Under the pieces are notes generated by a model. That model was not told where the DNA came from, made no database searches, and worked only from the letters and a program-made list of their open reading frames with translations. A DNA stretch of 64,000 nt from an uncultured Methanosarcinaceae archaeon (lineage in GTDB: Archaea; Halobacteriota; Methanosarcinia; Methanosarcinales; Methanosarcinaceae): positions 32,001-96,000 of the forward strand of contig CAWJYV010000005.1 in the NCBI GenBank assembly GCA_963847185.1, written 5' to 3'. Within the stretch, counting starts at the first letter, position 1, and the number at the start of each line of letters is the position of its first letter. Positions 54,984 through 64,000 of the stretch are shown piece by piece. Made by a program: the position numbers and the translations under genes.

Positions 54984-55340
54984 TTACTTCTCATTTTTAG
55001 CTACAGTAGTCCTACTTGCAGTAGTATTGTTCCTGTGATTAGTTTATAGTAGTGTTGTTACCTTTTATAGTGGTCCTATTTATAGTAGCGTTTTCACCTT
55101 TTATAGAGGTCCGATTTATTCTACAGCCGGAGTTACTGCCGTCACTGGAGTTTCCTCAACTACTGCAGTCACGGCTACTATTCTGAACTGGAGTTACAGC
55201 CTCACTGCAGTAACTACCTCACTGGAGTTACAGCTTCAACTGGAGTTCCGGCTTCAGTCGGAGTTTTTTCCTTTACCAGCACATCCTATCGCTAGGAATA
55301 TACCAAACAATACAATCAAAATAATCAGTGCTTTTCTCAT
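54984..55340 (-). pseudogene. Frameshifted low-complexity lipoprotein related to the cupredoxin leaders (3' end approximate)
   Basis: MRKALIILIVLFGIFLAIGC, then EAVTPV-type repeats and NRTSIKGENATINRTTIKGNNTT in shifted frames. Confidence 0.6.
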
Positions 55341-55588
55341 ATTTTTCCCCCACTTAATATTGTGTGTTTTATAACGGATGCTTTATAATTGATATTGAAG
55401 TTTTATAATGATTACTGCTAGATTCTGAACATAATTCTCTTTATGCCTTCAGTTTATTGGCCATTCAAACTTACTCAGGATACAGCTATCTACAGCAATT
55501 TAAGAAAATTGCTTTTTATTAGATTCCCCCTTAATTATAATACTTGAAACCTCGATATTATTAGAGGACGATTTTTAGGGGTAAGGCC

Positions 55589-56959
55589 ATGAAACTCAAG
55601 TCTATTAATCCCTATACTGAGGAAGTAAACTGGATATACGATTCTTTTTCTTTCGAGGAATGTGAAACCAGGATTGAAAATGCCAGATCGGCTTTTTCGA
55701 AATGGAGTTCATTCCCTGTTGAAGAAAGAGCAAAATATTTTGAAAGGGTCGCAGAGGTGCTTCTAAAAAACACCGATGCCTGCGCTGAAATTATCACAAA
55801 AGAGATGGGAAAACCTATCCGGCAGTCTAGGGGCGAAATTAAGAAGTGCGCCATGGTCTGTAATTATTATGCGGAAAACGCGGCTGTGTTTCTAAAAGAT
55901 GAACCTGTCAATATAGGGGTTGAAAGAAGTTATGTAACTTTTGAGCCTCTTGGAGCAATTCTTGGGATTATGCCCTGGAACTTCCCTTTCTTGCAGGTTT
56001 TCAGGTTTGCAGTACCCGCAATGTGTGCAGGAAATGTCTGTTTACTCAAGCATGCCTCAAACGTGCCCAGATCAGCTCTTGAAATTGAGAGAATTTTTCT
56101 GGAAGCTGGACTTCCGAAAAATGTTTTTAACACTTTGCTAATTGACTCGAAAACAGCCATGGAGATTATTGAAGAAGATCTGGTAGACGGGGTTTCCTAT
56201 ACCGGCAGCATAAATGCAGGCTCGGAAATAGGGGAGCTTGCAGGAGGGATGATTAAGCCTCTGGTACTGGAGCTGGGGGGATCTGACCCTTTCATAGTGC
56301 TTGAAGATGCTGATATAGAGAAGGCTGCACAGGTAGCTGTCAAGTCCCGTTTCCTCAATACCGGACAAAGCCGTACTGCTGCCAAGAGATTTATTGTTGT
56401 AGAAGACGTTGTGGTGGACTTTATTGAGGCACTTGACCTCCATATGCAGGAGCTAAAAATAGGGGATCCGATGGATGAGGACACAGATATAGGGCCTCTT
56501 GCAAAAAAGGAATTTGTCGAAAGTCTTGAGAAATTCCTGAAAGATGCGAGAAAAAAAGGAGCGGAGCCTCATGTATATGGAGAAGAGCATAAAAAAGGTT
56601 TTTTCTTCAGACCAGCTCTTATTCCTGCAGCGAGCACTGATATGAAGGTTTGCAATATGGAGGTTTTCGGGCCAATTGCGCCGGTAATCGCAGCAAAGGA
56701 CGAGGAAGAGGCTGTAAAAATTGCAAACTCTACGGATTACGGACTTGGAGCCGCAATCTGGTCCGGAGATACAGAAAGGGCCCGGAGACTGGCAAAAAAG
56801 GTAAAGGCAGGATTTGTAGTAATTAATGGAATGGTCAGATCCGACCCAAGGATGCCTTTCGGCGGGGTAAAGAAGTCCGGAGTTGGCAGAGAATTCTCTC
56901 ACTATGGGCTTAAGGAGTTTGTAAACATAAAAGCTGTTGTAAACAAACAAGATTACTGA
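55589..56959 (+). CDS. NAD(P)-dependent succinate-semialdehyde dehydrogenase-like aldehyde dehydrogenase (catalytic Cys replaced by Arg)
   Basis: IMPWNFP, LKHA, TGS, LELGGSDP, EVFGP and PFGGVKKSG motifs; GQSR in place of GQSC. Confidence 0.85.
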   Translation: MKLKSINPYTEEVNWIYDSFSFEECETRIENARSAFSKWSSFPVEERAKYFERVAEVLLKNTDACAEIITKEMGKPIRQSRGEIKKCAMVCNYYAENAAVFLKDEPVNIGVERSYVTFEPLGAILGIMPWNFPFLQVFRFAVPAMCAGNVCLLKHASNVPRSALEIERIFLEAGLPKNVFNTLLIDSKTAMEIIEEDLVDGVSYTGSINAGSEIGELAGGMIKPLVLELGGSDPFIVLEDADIEKAAQVAVKSRFLNTGQSRTAAKRFIVVEDVVVDFIEALDLHMQELKIGDPMDEDTDIGPLAKKEFVESLEKFLKDARKKGAEPHVYGEEHKKGFFFRPALIPAASTDMKVCNMEVFGPIAPVIAAKDEEEAVKIANSTDYGLGAAIWSGDTERARRLAKKVKAGFVVINGMVRSDPRMPFGGVKKSGVGREFSHYGLKEFVNIKAVVNKQDY

Positions 56960-57113
56960 AAACGTAAGAATCTAATTAAAGAGATCTTATTAAGGAGTCC
57001 GACGAAAGGATCTGATTAAAATGATCTGATTGAAAAAGTTAAATTAATCTCATCAAAAGATTTGTTTGAACAAAATTATAAAGCCATCAACACAGCAGTA
57101 TTGGAGTTTTTTC

Positions 57114-58748
57114 ATGAAAGCTTCGGATCTTTTTGTTTCCCAGCTTGAAGAAGAAGGTGTGGAATACATTTTTGGACTGCCAGGAGAAGAAAACCTCGAT
57201 CTTCTTGAGTCTCTAAGGCACTCAAAAATTAAATTGATAATAACGAGGCATGAGCAGGCTGCAGCGTTCATGGCTGCAACCTATGGAAGATTGACAGGAA
57301 AAACAGGGGTTTGTTTTTCAACGCTTGGACCAGGAGCCACTAACCTGGTTACAGGCGTTGCCCAGGCACAGCTAACAGGATCTCCTTTTATCTCCATATC
57401 CGGACAGAAGGCACTTACTGATAACTGGCAGGCCCGTTTTCAGCTTGTAGATGTCGTCAGGATGATGGAGCCGCTCTGCAAAAAAGCCGTATCTATCACC
57501 GACCCGGGGATGATCCCTACAGTAATCCGGAACGCCTTCAAACATGCAGAAGCTGAAAGGCCAGGGGCCGTGCATATAGAACTTCCGGAGGATGTGGCTG
57601 AAGAAGAAACAGAGGCAACAATCCAAAAGAGATCTGAGATTAAAATCCCTTACCCTGGTCCTGAAGCCATAAAAATGGCAGTGGCTATGGTCTGTGAAGC
57701 TAAAAACCCTCTGATTATCGTTTCCTCTGGAGCTAACCGAAAAGCAGTCACTAAAGAGCTTGAAGAATTTGTAAGAAGAACGGGTATCTACATAGTGCAC
57801 ACCCAGATGGGGAAAGGAGTTGTTCCTGATGATTGTATTTACAGCCTCTTTGCAACAGGGATCCACGCCAGAGATTATGTCAACTGTGGAATTGATGGGG
57901 CAGACCTGATTATTACAGTAGGATATGATATCGTGGAATACCCTCCCTACCTCTGGAACAGGGAGCTGGACAAGAAAATCATAAATGTTGACTTTGTGGA
58001 ATCCGTACCTGACAGATACTTTAATCCTGCGATAGAAATCATTGGAGACATTGCTTCTTCAATAAAGGAACTTGCCGCAAGCATTCCGGAAAAGCGAGAG
58101 TTTCCTATCTTTAAGAATACCAGACGTTTTATTGAGGAAAAAATAGACTCTCCTGCCAGAAATGGTTATCCTCCTCTTCCCCAGACAGTGGTTCAGGATG
58201 TCAGAAAAGTGCTTGGGAGAGAGGATATAATCACACTGGACAACGGAATCTACAAGCTCTGGTTCTCTCGCCTTTACAAGACCTATGCTCCTAATACCGT
58301 TATTCTGGACAATGCCCTGGCATCTATGGGTGCGGGGCTACCTGCAGGGATTACTGCAAAACTTCTTTATCCTGAACGAAGGGTGCTTGCAATCTGTGGG
58401 GATGGCGGTTTCATGATGAACTGTCAGGAGCTCGAAACAGCAATACGCTATGGAATTCCTGTTGTTGTCCTTATTCTCAATGACAATGCTTTTGGCTTCA
58501 TTAAATGGAAGCAGAAGAAAAAACATTTTGAGGACTTCGGGCTGGATTATGGAAACCCCGATTTTTCTCTCTTTGCCGAGAGCTTTGGAGCTGCAGGTAT
58601 CAAGGTCAGAGAGGGGGATGATCTTATAGAAGTTCTTGAGAGAGCTTTTGCCCTGAATAAGGTAGTTGTTATCGAATGCCCCATCGACTATTCAGTGAAT
58701 TACGAAACTTTTTCGATAGAATTGGGAAATCTTATATGTAAATTCTAA
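57114..58748 (+). CDS. Acetolactate synthase large subunit-like ThDP enzyme
   Basis: FGLPGEEN, RHEQAAAF, TLGPGATN and GDGGFMMN..ND motifs. Confidence 0.9.
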   Translation: MKASDLFVSQLEEEGVEYIFGLPGEENLDLLESLRHSKIKLIITRHEQAAAFMAATYGRLTGKTGVCFSTLGPGATNLVTGVAQAQLTGSPFISISGQKALTDNWQARFQLVDVVRMMEPLCKKAVSITDPGMIPTVIRNAFKHAEAERPGAVHIELPEDVAEEETEATIQKRSEIKIPYPGPEAIKMAVAMVCEAKNPLIIVSSGANRKAVTKELEEFVRRTGIYIVHTQMGKGVVPDDCIYSLFATGIHARDYVNCGIDGADLIITVGYDIVEYPPYLWNRELDKKIINVDFVESVPDRYFNPAIEIIGDIASSIKELAASIPEKREFPIFKNTRRFIEEKIDSPARNGYPPLPQTVVQDVRKVLGREDIITLDNGIYKLWFSRLYKTYAPNTVILDNALASMGAGLPAGITAKLLYPERRVLAICGDGGFMMNCQELETAIRYGIPVVVLILNDNAFGFIKWKQKKKHFEDFGLDYGNPDFSLFAESFGAAGIKVREGDDLIEVLERAFALNKVVVIECPIDYSVNYETFSIELGNLICKF

Positions 58749-58901
58749 TAGGCGTTCTAATGAGAATCTGATGATACAACGTTCAGAATTGTTGAATAGT
58801 GGATGATTGACGCAGCACCATTCATTCACTTAAAGATTTATTATTTTTAAAATAGTTTATATACATCCACTTCCTAAAATAAGCTTATGGAAGAGGGCAA
58901 A

Positions 58902-59258
58902 ATGAAGAACACAATCACGAGAAGTTTTGAGCTTCAGGACTACAAAATAGAAGGAACAGAACTCTCCGGTTTCTGGGCAGATTTACAGAGCAAGGAAGAA
59001 CTGATAGTTGAGGTAAACTACAGCCCTGAAAACAAAAAAGCCTTCAGTCCCGAAGAAACGAAAACTCTTGTCCAAAAAGCCTGTGAGAAGTGTGAAAGCT
59101 TTGAAGCTCAGCTTCCTGAAAACATAAGATGTGAAGCCACCTTCAAAAACTTAAGCGAAAAGGTTTACAAAATAAATGAACCTGATTTTGAGCTGGAACC
59201 CAGGGAATTAGAAGAGCTTCAGGTTGCTTACCGTTTTTTTGTCGAGTATTATGTTTGA
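58902..59258 (+). CDS. Hypothetical acidic protein
   Basis: GAGGG upstream of ATG; protein-like composition. Confidence 0.65.
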   Translation: MKNTITRSFELQDYKIEGTELSGFWADLQSKEELIVEVNYSPENKKAFSPEETKTLVQKACEKCESFEAQLPENIRCEATFKNLSEKVYKINEPDFELEPRELEELQVAYRFFVEYYV

Positions 59259-59314
59259 TTATTAACAGAAAAATGTACGAAGGATATTATTGAAAAATTG
59301 GAAGAAAAAAGATA

Positions 59315-59926
59315 TCAGCTCTTTTTGTTTCTTCCAAAAATGAACATTATACCTATTATTGCTACGACTGGCAGGACCATTGACGGAAACTCGGGAATAT
59401 TGGTCGTAGGCGGATTTTCGGGTGTACAGCTATCACAGGGACCTGCAAAAAATGCACTACCACTTCCCCAACGAACATGGGCTGCGATTTCGAAACCATT
59501 TCCATTATTTGGTATGTCAGAAATCGGATTCTTCAGAGTAATTACTACCCTGTTGGCACCTGATCCAGGAGATTTATAAGCAGAAGAGTATTGTCCAGTA
59601 CTACTTATCTGGTATGGTGAATTGCCACCCTTAAGCTCCCAGTCAACAATCGTTTTCTTAATTTCTTTTTTGCCTTCTTCTATCGTCGTTGATTCTACAT
59701 AAGAAGAAGGAAGGTTAAATGCTATTTCATCGATTTTAACATCGTTTCCAGTAGTCTTATCAGTTGCCCAGATAGTTATTACTTTGCCTTCATACATAGC
59801 ATGAACCGTTACAAGATCTGTAGCTCCTGCTGTATTAGAGTAACTTAAATCAAAACTCTGGGCGCTGGCTATTCCTGTTGCTAGAACCACAAATGTAATA
59901 ATCCCAATAATGTGTGCCGTTTTCAT
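59315..59926 (-). CDS. PEF-CTERM sorting domain surface protein
   Basis: Signal peptide ending ASA; C-terminal IPEFP + TM helix + basic tail. Confidence 0.88.
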   Translation of the reverse strand: MKTAHIIGIITFVVLATGIASAQSFDLSYSNTAGATDLVTVHAMYEGKVITIWATDKTTGNDVKIDEIAFNLPSSYVESTTIEEGKKEIKKTIVDWELKGGNSPYQISSTGQYSSAYKSPGSGANRVVITLKNPISDIPNNGNGFEIAAHVRWGSGSAFFAGPCDSCTPENPPTTNIPEFPSMVLPVVAIIGIMFIFGRNKKS

Positions 59927-60286
59927 TTTTTAGACCCCACTTATAGATGCTGAGTAAATATTGATTAGTGTAACTATATGTAAATAAGATTAATTATTCA
60001 AAATTAATTTTGATAGTAAATTCGCTTATTCGAAAAATAATGGGCAGCAATAGATAGAAAATATTAAATTAAAATCTCAAAAATATTAGCTGTTTTATAA
60101 TGTAGTTAGGAGTATACTATTCAAAAACGCATGAAAAACAATCTTGAAATAATAAAGAGGCAAAAACTGTGAAGTAAAAAGAAATAACTTAAAAGAGAGG
60201 AAATGCACAAAAATAGTACATATCCAAAAACTGAGAAAAAAGAAAAATTCAAGCTTTAAGAGAGCTTCAATTGATAAAGTGACTAC

Positions 60287-60898
60287 TTATTCCTTTCTTC
60301 TCCTTCCAAAAATGAACATCAAACCTAGTATTGCTGCAACTGGCAAAGCCATTGTGGGGAATTCAGGAATTTGTGAAGTGCCTCCTACCCAAGTACTACC
60401 TACGATAAGATCCTCGGGGTTGTCTTCATCACCAAAAGAAATATGAGCAGCTATACTATACCCATTATCATTTACAGGCAGCGTATCAAAGGACTTATCC
60501 AGTTTAATTTCAATAGGTCCTCTCGTTTTTATACTATCGCGACTTACGTATATGGTCGAAAAACTTCCAAACCCAGCTCGATTAAAGCTTTCTTTTTCAT
60601 TTGGTTTCGGGAGTGTCCAAATACTGTGTTTAGAACTAGTATCAATAACACTCGTTACTTTATTGTCAGATGGGTTAACGATCCCAATAGCTTTTATATC
60701 TACATTAGAAACTGTATCGAGATCTGGACTAACATCTGTAACAGTAATAGTATCTCCATTATAAACCACTTTAATATCAATTATACCATTATACGTAGGA
60801 TCATTTACTTTTGTCAAATGGAACTCTGTTTCTGCACTCGCAGAGCCAACGCTTACTAATAAAAATAATAGTACTCCAATTATGTATGCTGTTTTCAT
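60287..60898 (-). CDS. PEF-CTERM sorting domain surface protein (paralog of 59315-59926)
   Basis: MKTAY leader; shared NG..IAAH motif; IPEFP + TM helix + RRRK. Confidence 0.88.
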   Translation of the reverse strand: MKTAYIIGVLLFLLVSVGSASAETEFHLTKVNDPTYNGIIDIKVVYNGDTITVTDVSPDLDTVSNVDIKAIGIVNPSDNKVTSVIDTSSKHSIWTLPKPNEKESFNRAGFGSFSTIYVSRDSIKTRGPIEIKLDKSFDTLPVNDNGYSIAAHISFGDEDNPEDLIVGSTWVGGTSQIPEFPTMALPVAAILGLMFIFGRRRKE

Positions 60899-61415
60899 AA
60901 CTAAAACCCCTTCAGATAAACTAAGAAACATTCTTCCTTATATAACTATAAATAAATAAACTTATTTAGTTAAATATATCTTAGACTGTATAATAATGAA
61001 GAAAAAGATAACCACCAATTTAAGACTTTGGATATTTATTTAAATTATTAAAGATTTTAATATTCACCTTTCCGAAATGTATGAATTATGTACAAATAAA
61101 TCAGGAAGAAGCTTAAATTGACTCTTGAGCCTGAAACTTTATTTGGTTCATTTAAGCCTATGATGAATATGCTGCTCGTTTTACTATTTATTCTATTTAT
61201 GTTATTCGTGTCAACTTTTGTTTATCCAAAGCAAAATAAAAAAAGATACATGAGTCAGAGCTAAAACTTGAAGCTGAAAAAAGGCTAGAGTTAAAAAAGA
61301 GATGGAAAGAGCCGAGACTGGAAAGGCTGAAAAAACGGATGACAAGGATAGAGATGCCAATTATGGGAGCTTTGACAGAGACGGGGACTGAAAAAATAAA
61401 TGAAGAAAGAGTTTG

Positions 61416-62276
61416 TTATTTCTCTTTCCTTCTACGTTGCGAAATGAACATTATCCCCAGTACTGCTGCAACCGGAATAGCTATTGATGGAAACTCCGGA
61501 ATTGAGGTATCTGGCGGTTTAGCTGTTGATGTTACCGTTGCTGTTGCTTCATTTGAGTTAACTGTTTTTCCATTGTATGTACCTGTTGCATATGCTTTAT
61601 TGGTCACAAAACCATTAGTTATATCGCTTGGTTTTATTGTGTACTTAAATGTACCTTTAGCAACTTTGCCAGGATAAAGATAACTTCTATTTAGGGCTAT
61701 CTTTGCCGTTGTTTTGTTATCATAAACATTGAGTGTGGAAATTCCTACTTTCCCTATATTTTTCACTATGTAAGTGTACTCTATCACCTGTCCCTCGTGG
61801 TCGTAAGTTGAAGTATTAGGCGACTTTGTTATTGTAAGAGCTGCGTTCCACACTGTTGCTGAGGCTTCATCCTATATGGTCTTTTTATACCCATTAATAT
61901 AGAAATAAGTCGTTGCTGTGGCTGTATTGGTCACGTAACCAGCATTCATATCCCTTGGTTTTATTATATAGTTAGCTGTTCTTGTGACAGTAGCTTGAGG
62001 TGCAAGATCTTCGGTGATAGTGATTATGTCAGGAATTTTGTTATCTGTTATTTGAATATTTTCTGTTATTGTATTTCTTCCTGTATTCTTCACGGTATAA
62101 GTATATTTTATAACCTGCCCTTCATGGTCATATGTTGCACTATCCGCGCTCTTATCAAGGCTTATGGAATAAGCTCCTTTATAGCCACCACCATAATATC
62201 CACTTTCACATGCACTTGCAGAGCCAACCATGAATAGTAAAAGCACTAAGACTACTATAATTCGTATTATTTTCAT
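61416..62276 (-). CDS. PEF-CTERM protein with two Ig-like (DUF11-like) repeats and an in-frame TAG
   Basis: The two track ORFs are in one frame, separated only by TAG at 61872-61874; signal peptide at the start, IPEFP anchor at the end. Confidence 0.8.
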
Positions 62277-62637
62277 TTATGGGAACCTCTTTTAAGAAAC
62301 TAAGATATCTTCTCTTATAAGTAATATGAACTAATAAACTTATTTAGTTTAATATACTTCAAACTGTATATTTAGTTATATAGACAAATTCGCAATCAGG
62401 AGCACACGAATGTTAAGTTAAACTCTTAAAGATATTGTGACTTTCATTATGTTGCAAAGTATGTATACAAAGGATCTCTGTTCTGTACTCGCTTATTTAG
62501 AGCATTCATGGTGATTTTTTTCATTCCAAACAAATCAAAGAATTAGCGAATCAGAAATAACAGAGGAAATGAAAGCTTGGGAATATAAGGTCTGAAGAAA
62601 AAGAAAAAAGAGGTAAGAATAAAGAAAAAAAATACAG

Positions 62638-64000
62638 TTATTTCTCTTTCCCTCTACGTTGTAAAATAAACATCAGTCCGACTATTGTTGCAACTGGCAA
62701 AACCATTGATGGAAACTCTGGAATATCGATATGTGAGCTTACTATTTCAGTAGTAGTATTTGATTTAACTTCTTTACAGTTATATGTGCCTGTTGCAAAT
62801 GCTTCATTTGCTACTGAGCCTGCTTTTAGATCAGCTTTAGTTATCGTGTAGGTTGCTGTCCCTGTAATACTTTGTCCGAGTCCAAGAGCATTATTCGATA
62901 CGAGTACAGTGCCGAGCTTGTTGTCTGTAACTTTAATAGGTTTGGAGATTACAACATCGCCTGAGTTGGTTACTTTGTAGGTATATGTAATAATCTGTCC
63001 TGCACTGCTGTAAACTTTTGGAGACGCTGTTTTTTCAAGCTTCAAAGCCGGTTTTTTGGAGACTGTTAAAGTAACTGTTGCTGTTGCATAATTTGAGATA
63101 ATTGGCTTGTTGTTGTATGTGCCTGTTGCATATGCTTTATTGGTTATTGAACCCGCATTTATGTCAGCCTGTTTTATTGTATAGGTAACGCTCTTTGTAA
63201 CGTATTTTCCAGGTGAGAGAGACGAAGTAGATATTGTCAATGTGCCCAGTTTGTCATCAATAACCTTAATAGGTCCAGAGACTGCGATAGTTCCTGAGTT
63301 GGTTACTTTATAAGTATATGTGATTGTTTGTCCTGAAGCTTCATACGTCTTTGGAGATGCTGATTTTGTAAGGCTTAAAGCCGGCTTGGAGACTGTGACC
63401 GTCGCTGTTGCCTCATTCGATTTAATTAATTTATTATTGAAGTAACCTGTTGCGTATGCTTTATTGGTAACAGAACCTGTTTTGATGTCAGCTTGTTTTA
63501 TTGTGTAAGTAGCAGTCTTTGTAACACTCTTACCACTCTCAAGACTACCGGTGCTTATTGTAAATGCACCAATTTTGTCGTCGGTAATCTTTATAGGTCC
63601 TTTGATCTTTACATTTCCTGTATTTGTCACTACATACGTATATTTTATTAATTGTCCTGAACTGGAAAAAGTAGTAGGAGATGCCGACTTTACTATCTTC
63701 AGAGCAGGCTTATATGCGGCTGCGACCTTTACTGTCGCCTTATTCGAATATACCTGCCCATAACTGCTACCTTTTTTGTACTTACCTTTTGCAGAAGCTG
63801 TATTGGTCACAGAACCAGTATCAAGATCCCCTTGTTTTACCGTATAGATAGCTGTTCCTTTAACGGATTTACCTTTTGCAAGGGTAGTACTTTCCAGCTT
63901 CACACTTGTTTTGTCGTCTGTAATCGTGAGACCTGTTATTTCCTCATTTCCTGTATTTTTCACGATGTATGTGTATGTAATCTTCTGTCCCACGTAAGAA
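62638..64000 (-). CDS. PEF-CTERM protein with at least four ~105-aa Ig-like repeats (5' end outside window)
   Basis: Repeated K.ASP..Y...GQ.I.YTY.VTN.G...DDK...TYTIKQAD...GSVTN.A.ATG units; IPEFP anchor. Confidence 0.88.
   Translation of the reverse strand, partial: SYVGQKITYTYIVKNTGNEEITGLTITDDKTSVKLESTTLAKGKSVKGTAIYTVKQGDLDTGSVTNTASAKGKYKKGSSYGQVYSNKATVKVAAAYKPALKIVKSASPTTFSSSGQLIKYTYVVTNTGNVKIKGPIKITDDKIGAFTISTGSLESGKSVTKTATYTIKQADIKTGSVTNKAYATGYFNNKLIKSNEATATVTVSKPALSLTKSASPKTYEASGQTITYTYKVTNSGTIAVSGPIKVIDDKLGTLTISTSSLSPGKYVTKSVTYTIKQADINAGSITNKAYATGTYNNKPIISNYATATVTLTVSKKPALKLEKTASPKVYSSAGQIITYTYKVTNSGDVVISKPIKVTDNKLGTVLVSNNALGLGQSITGTATYTITKADLKAGSVANEAFATGTYNCKEVKSNTTTEIVSSHIDIPEFPSMVLPVATIVGLMFILQRRGKEK

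Overview
Chromosomal window of a methanogenic archaeon, very probably a Methanosarcina. The assignment rests on PEF-CTERM/PGF-CTERM surface proteins, monofunctional CooS, an MptN-like ligase, AMP phosphorylase, dph5/dph6, Pth2, long AT-rich intergenic spacers, and no intact gene I checked ending in TAG. Most of the window is housekeeping (tldD/pmbA, cooSF, pyrG, truD, iscSU, cobQ, ala, trxB) plus TPR proteins and a surface-protein array. Most notable items: (1) two tandem paralogous ~120-nt structured RNA candidates with their own TATA boxes and C-rich anti-RBS loops between ala and cobQ; (2) an in-frame amber codon separating the secreted part of a PEF-CTERM protein from its anchor, a possible pyrrolysine readthrough; (3) a decayed virus-like island between two copies of an IS1-like MITE; (4) an IscU with an apparent ACG start and altered ligands; (5) point lesions in cidA and an aldehyde dehydrogenase, and a dense frameshift cluster at 49.2-51.5 kb. 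All calls come from reading motifs by eye; no database searches were run.
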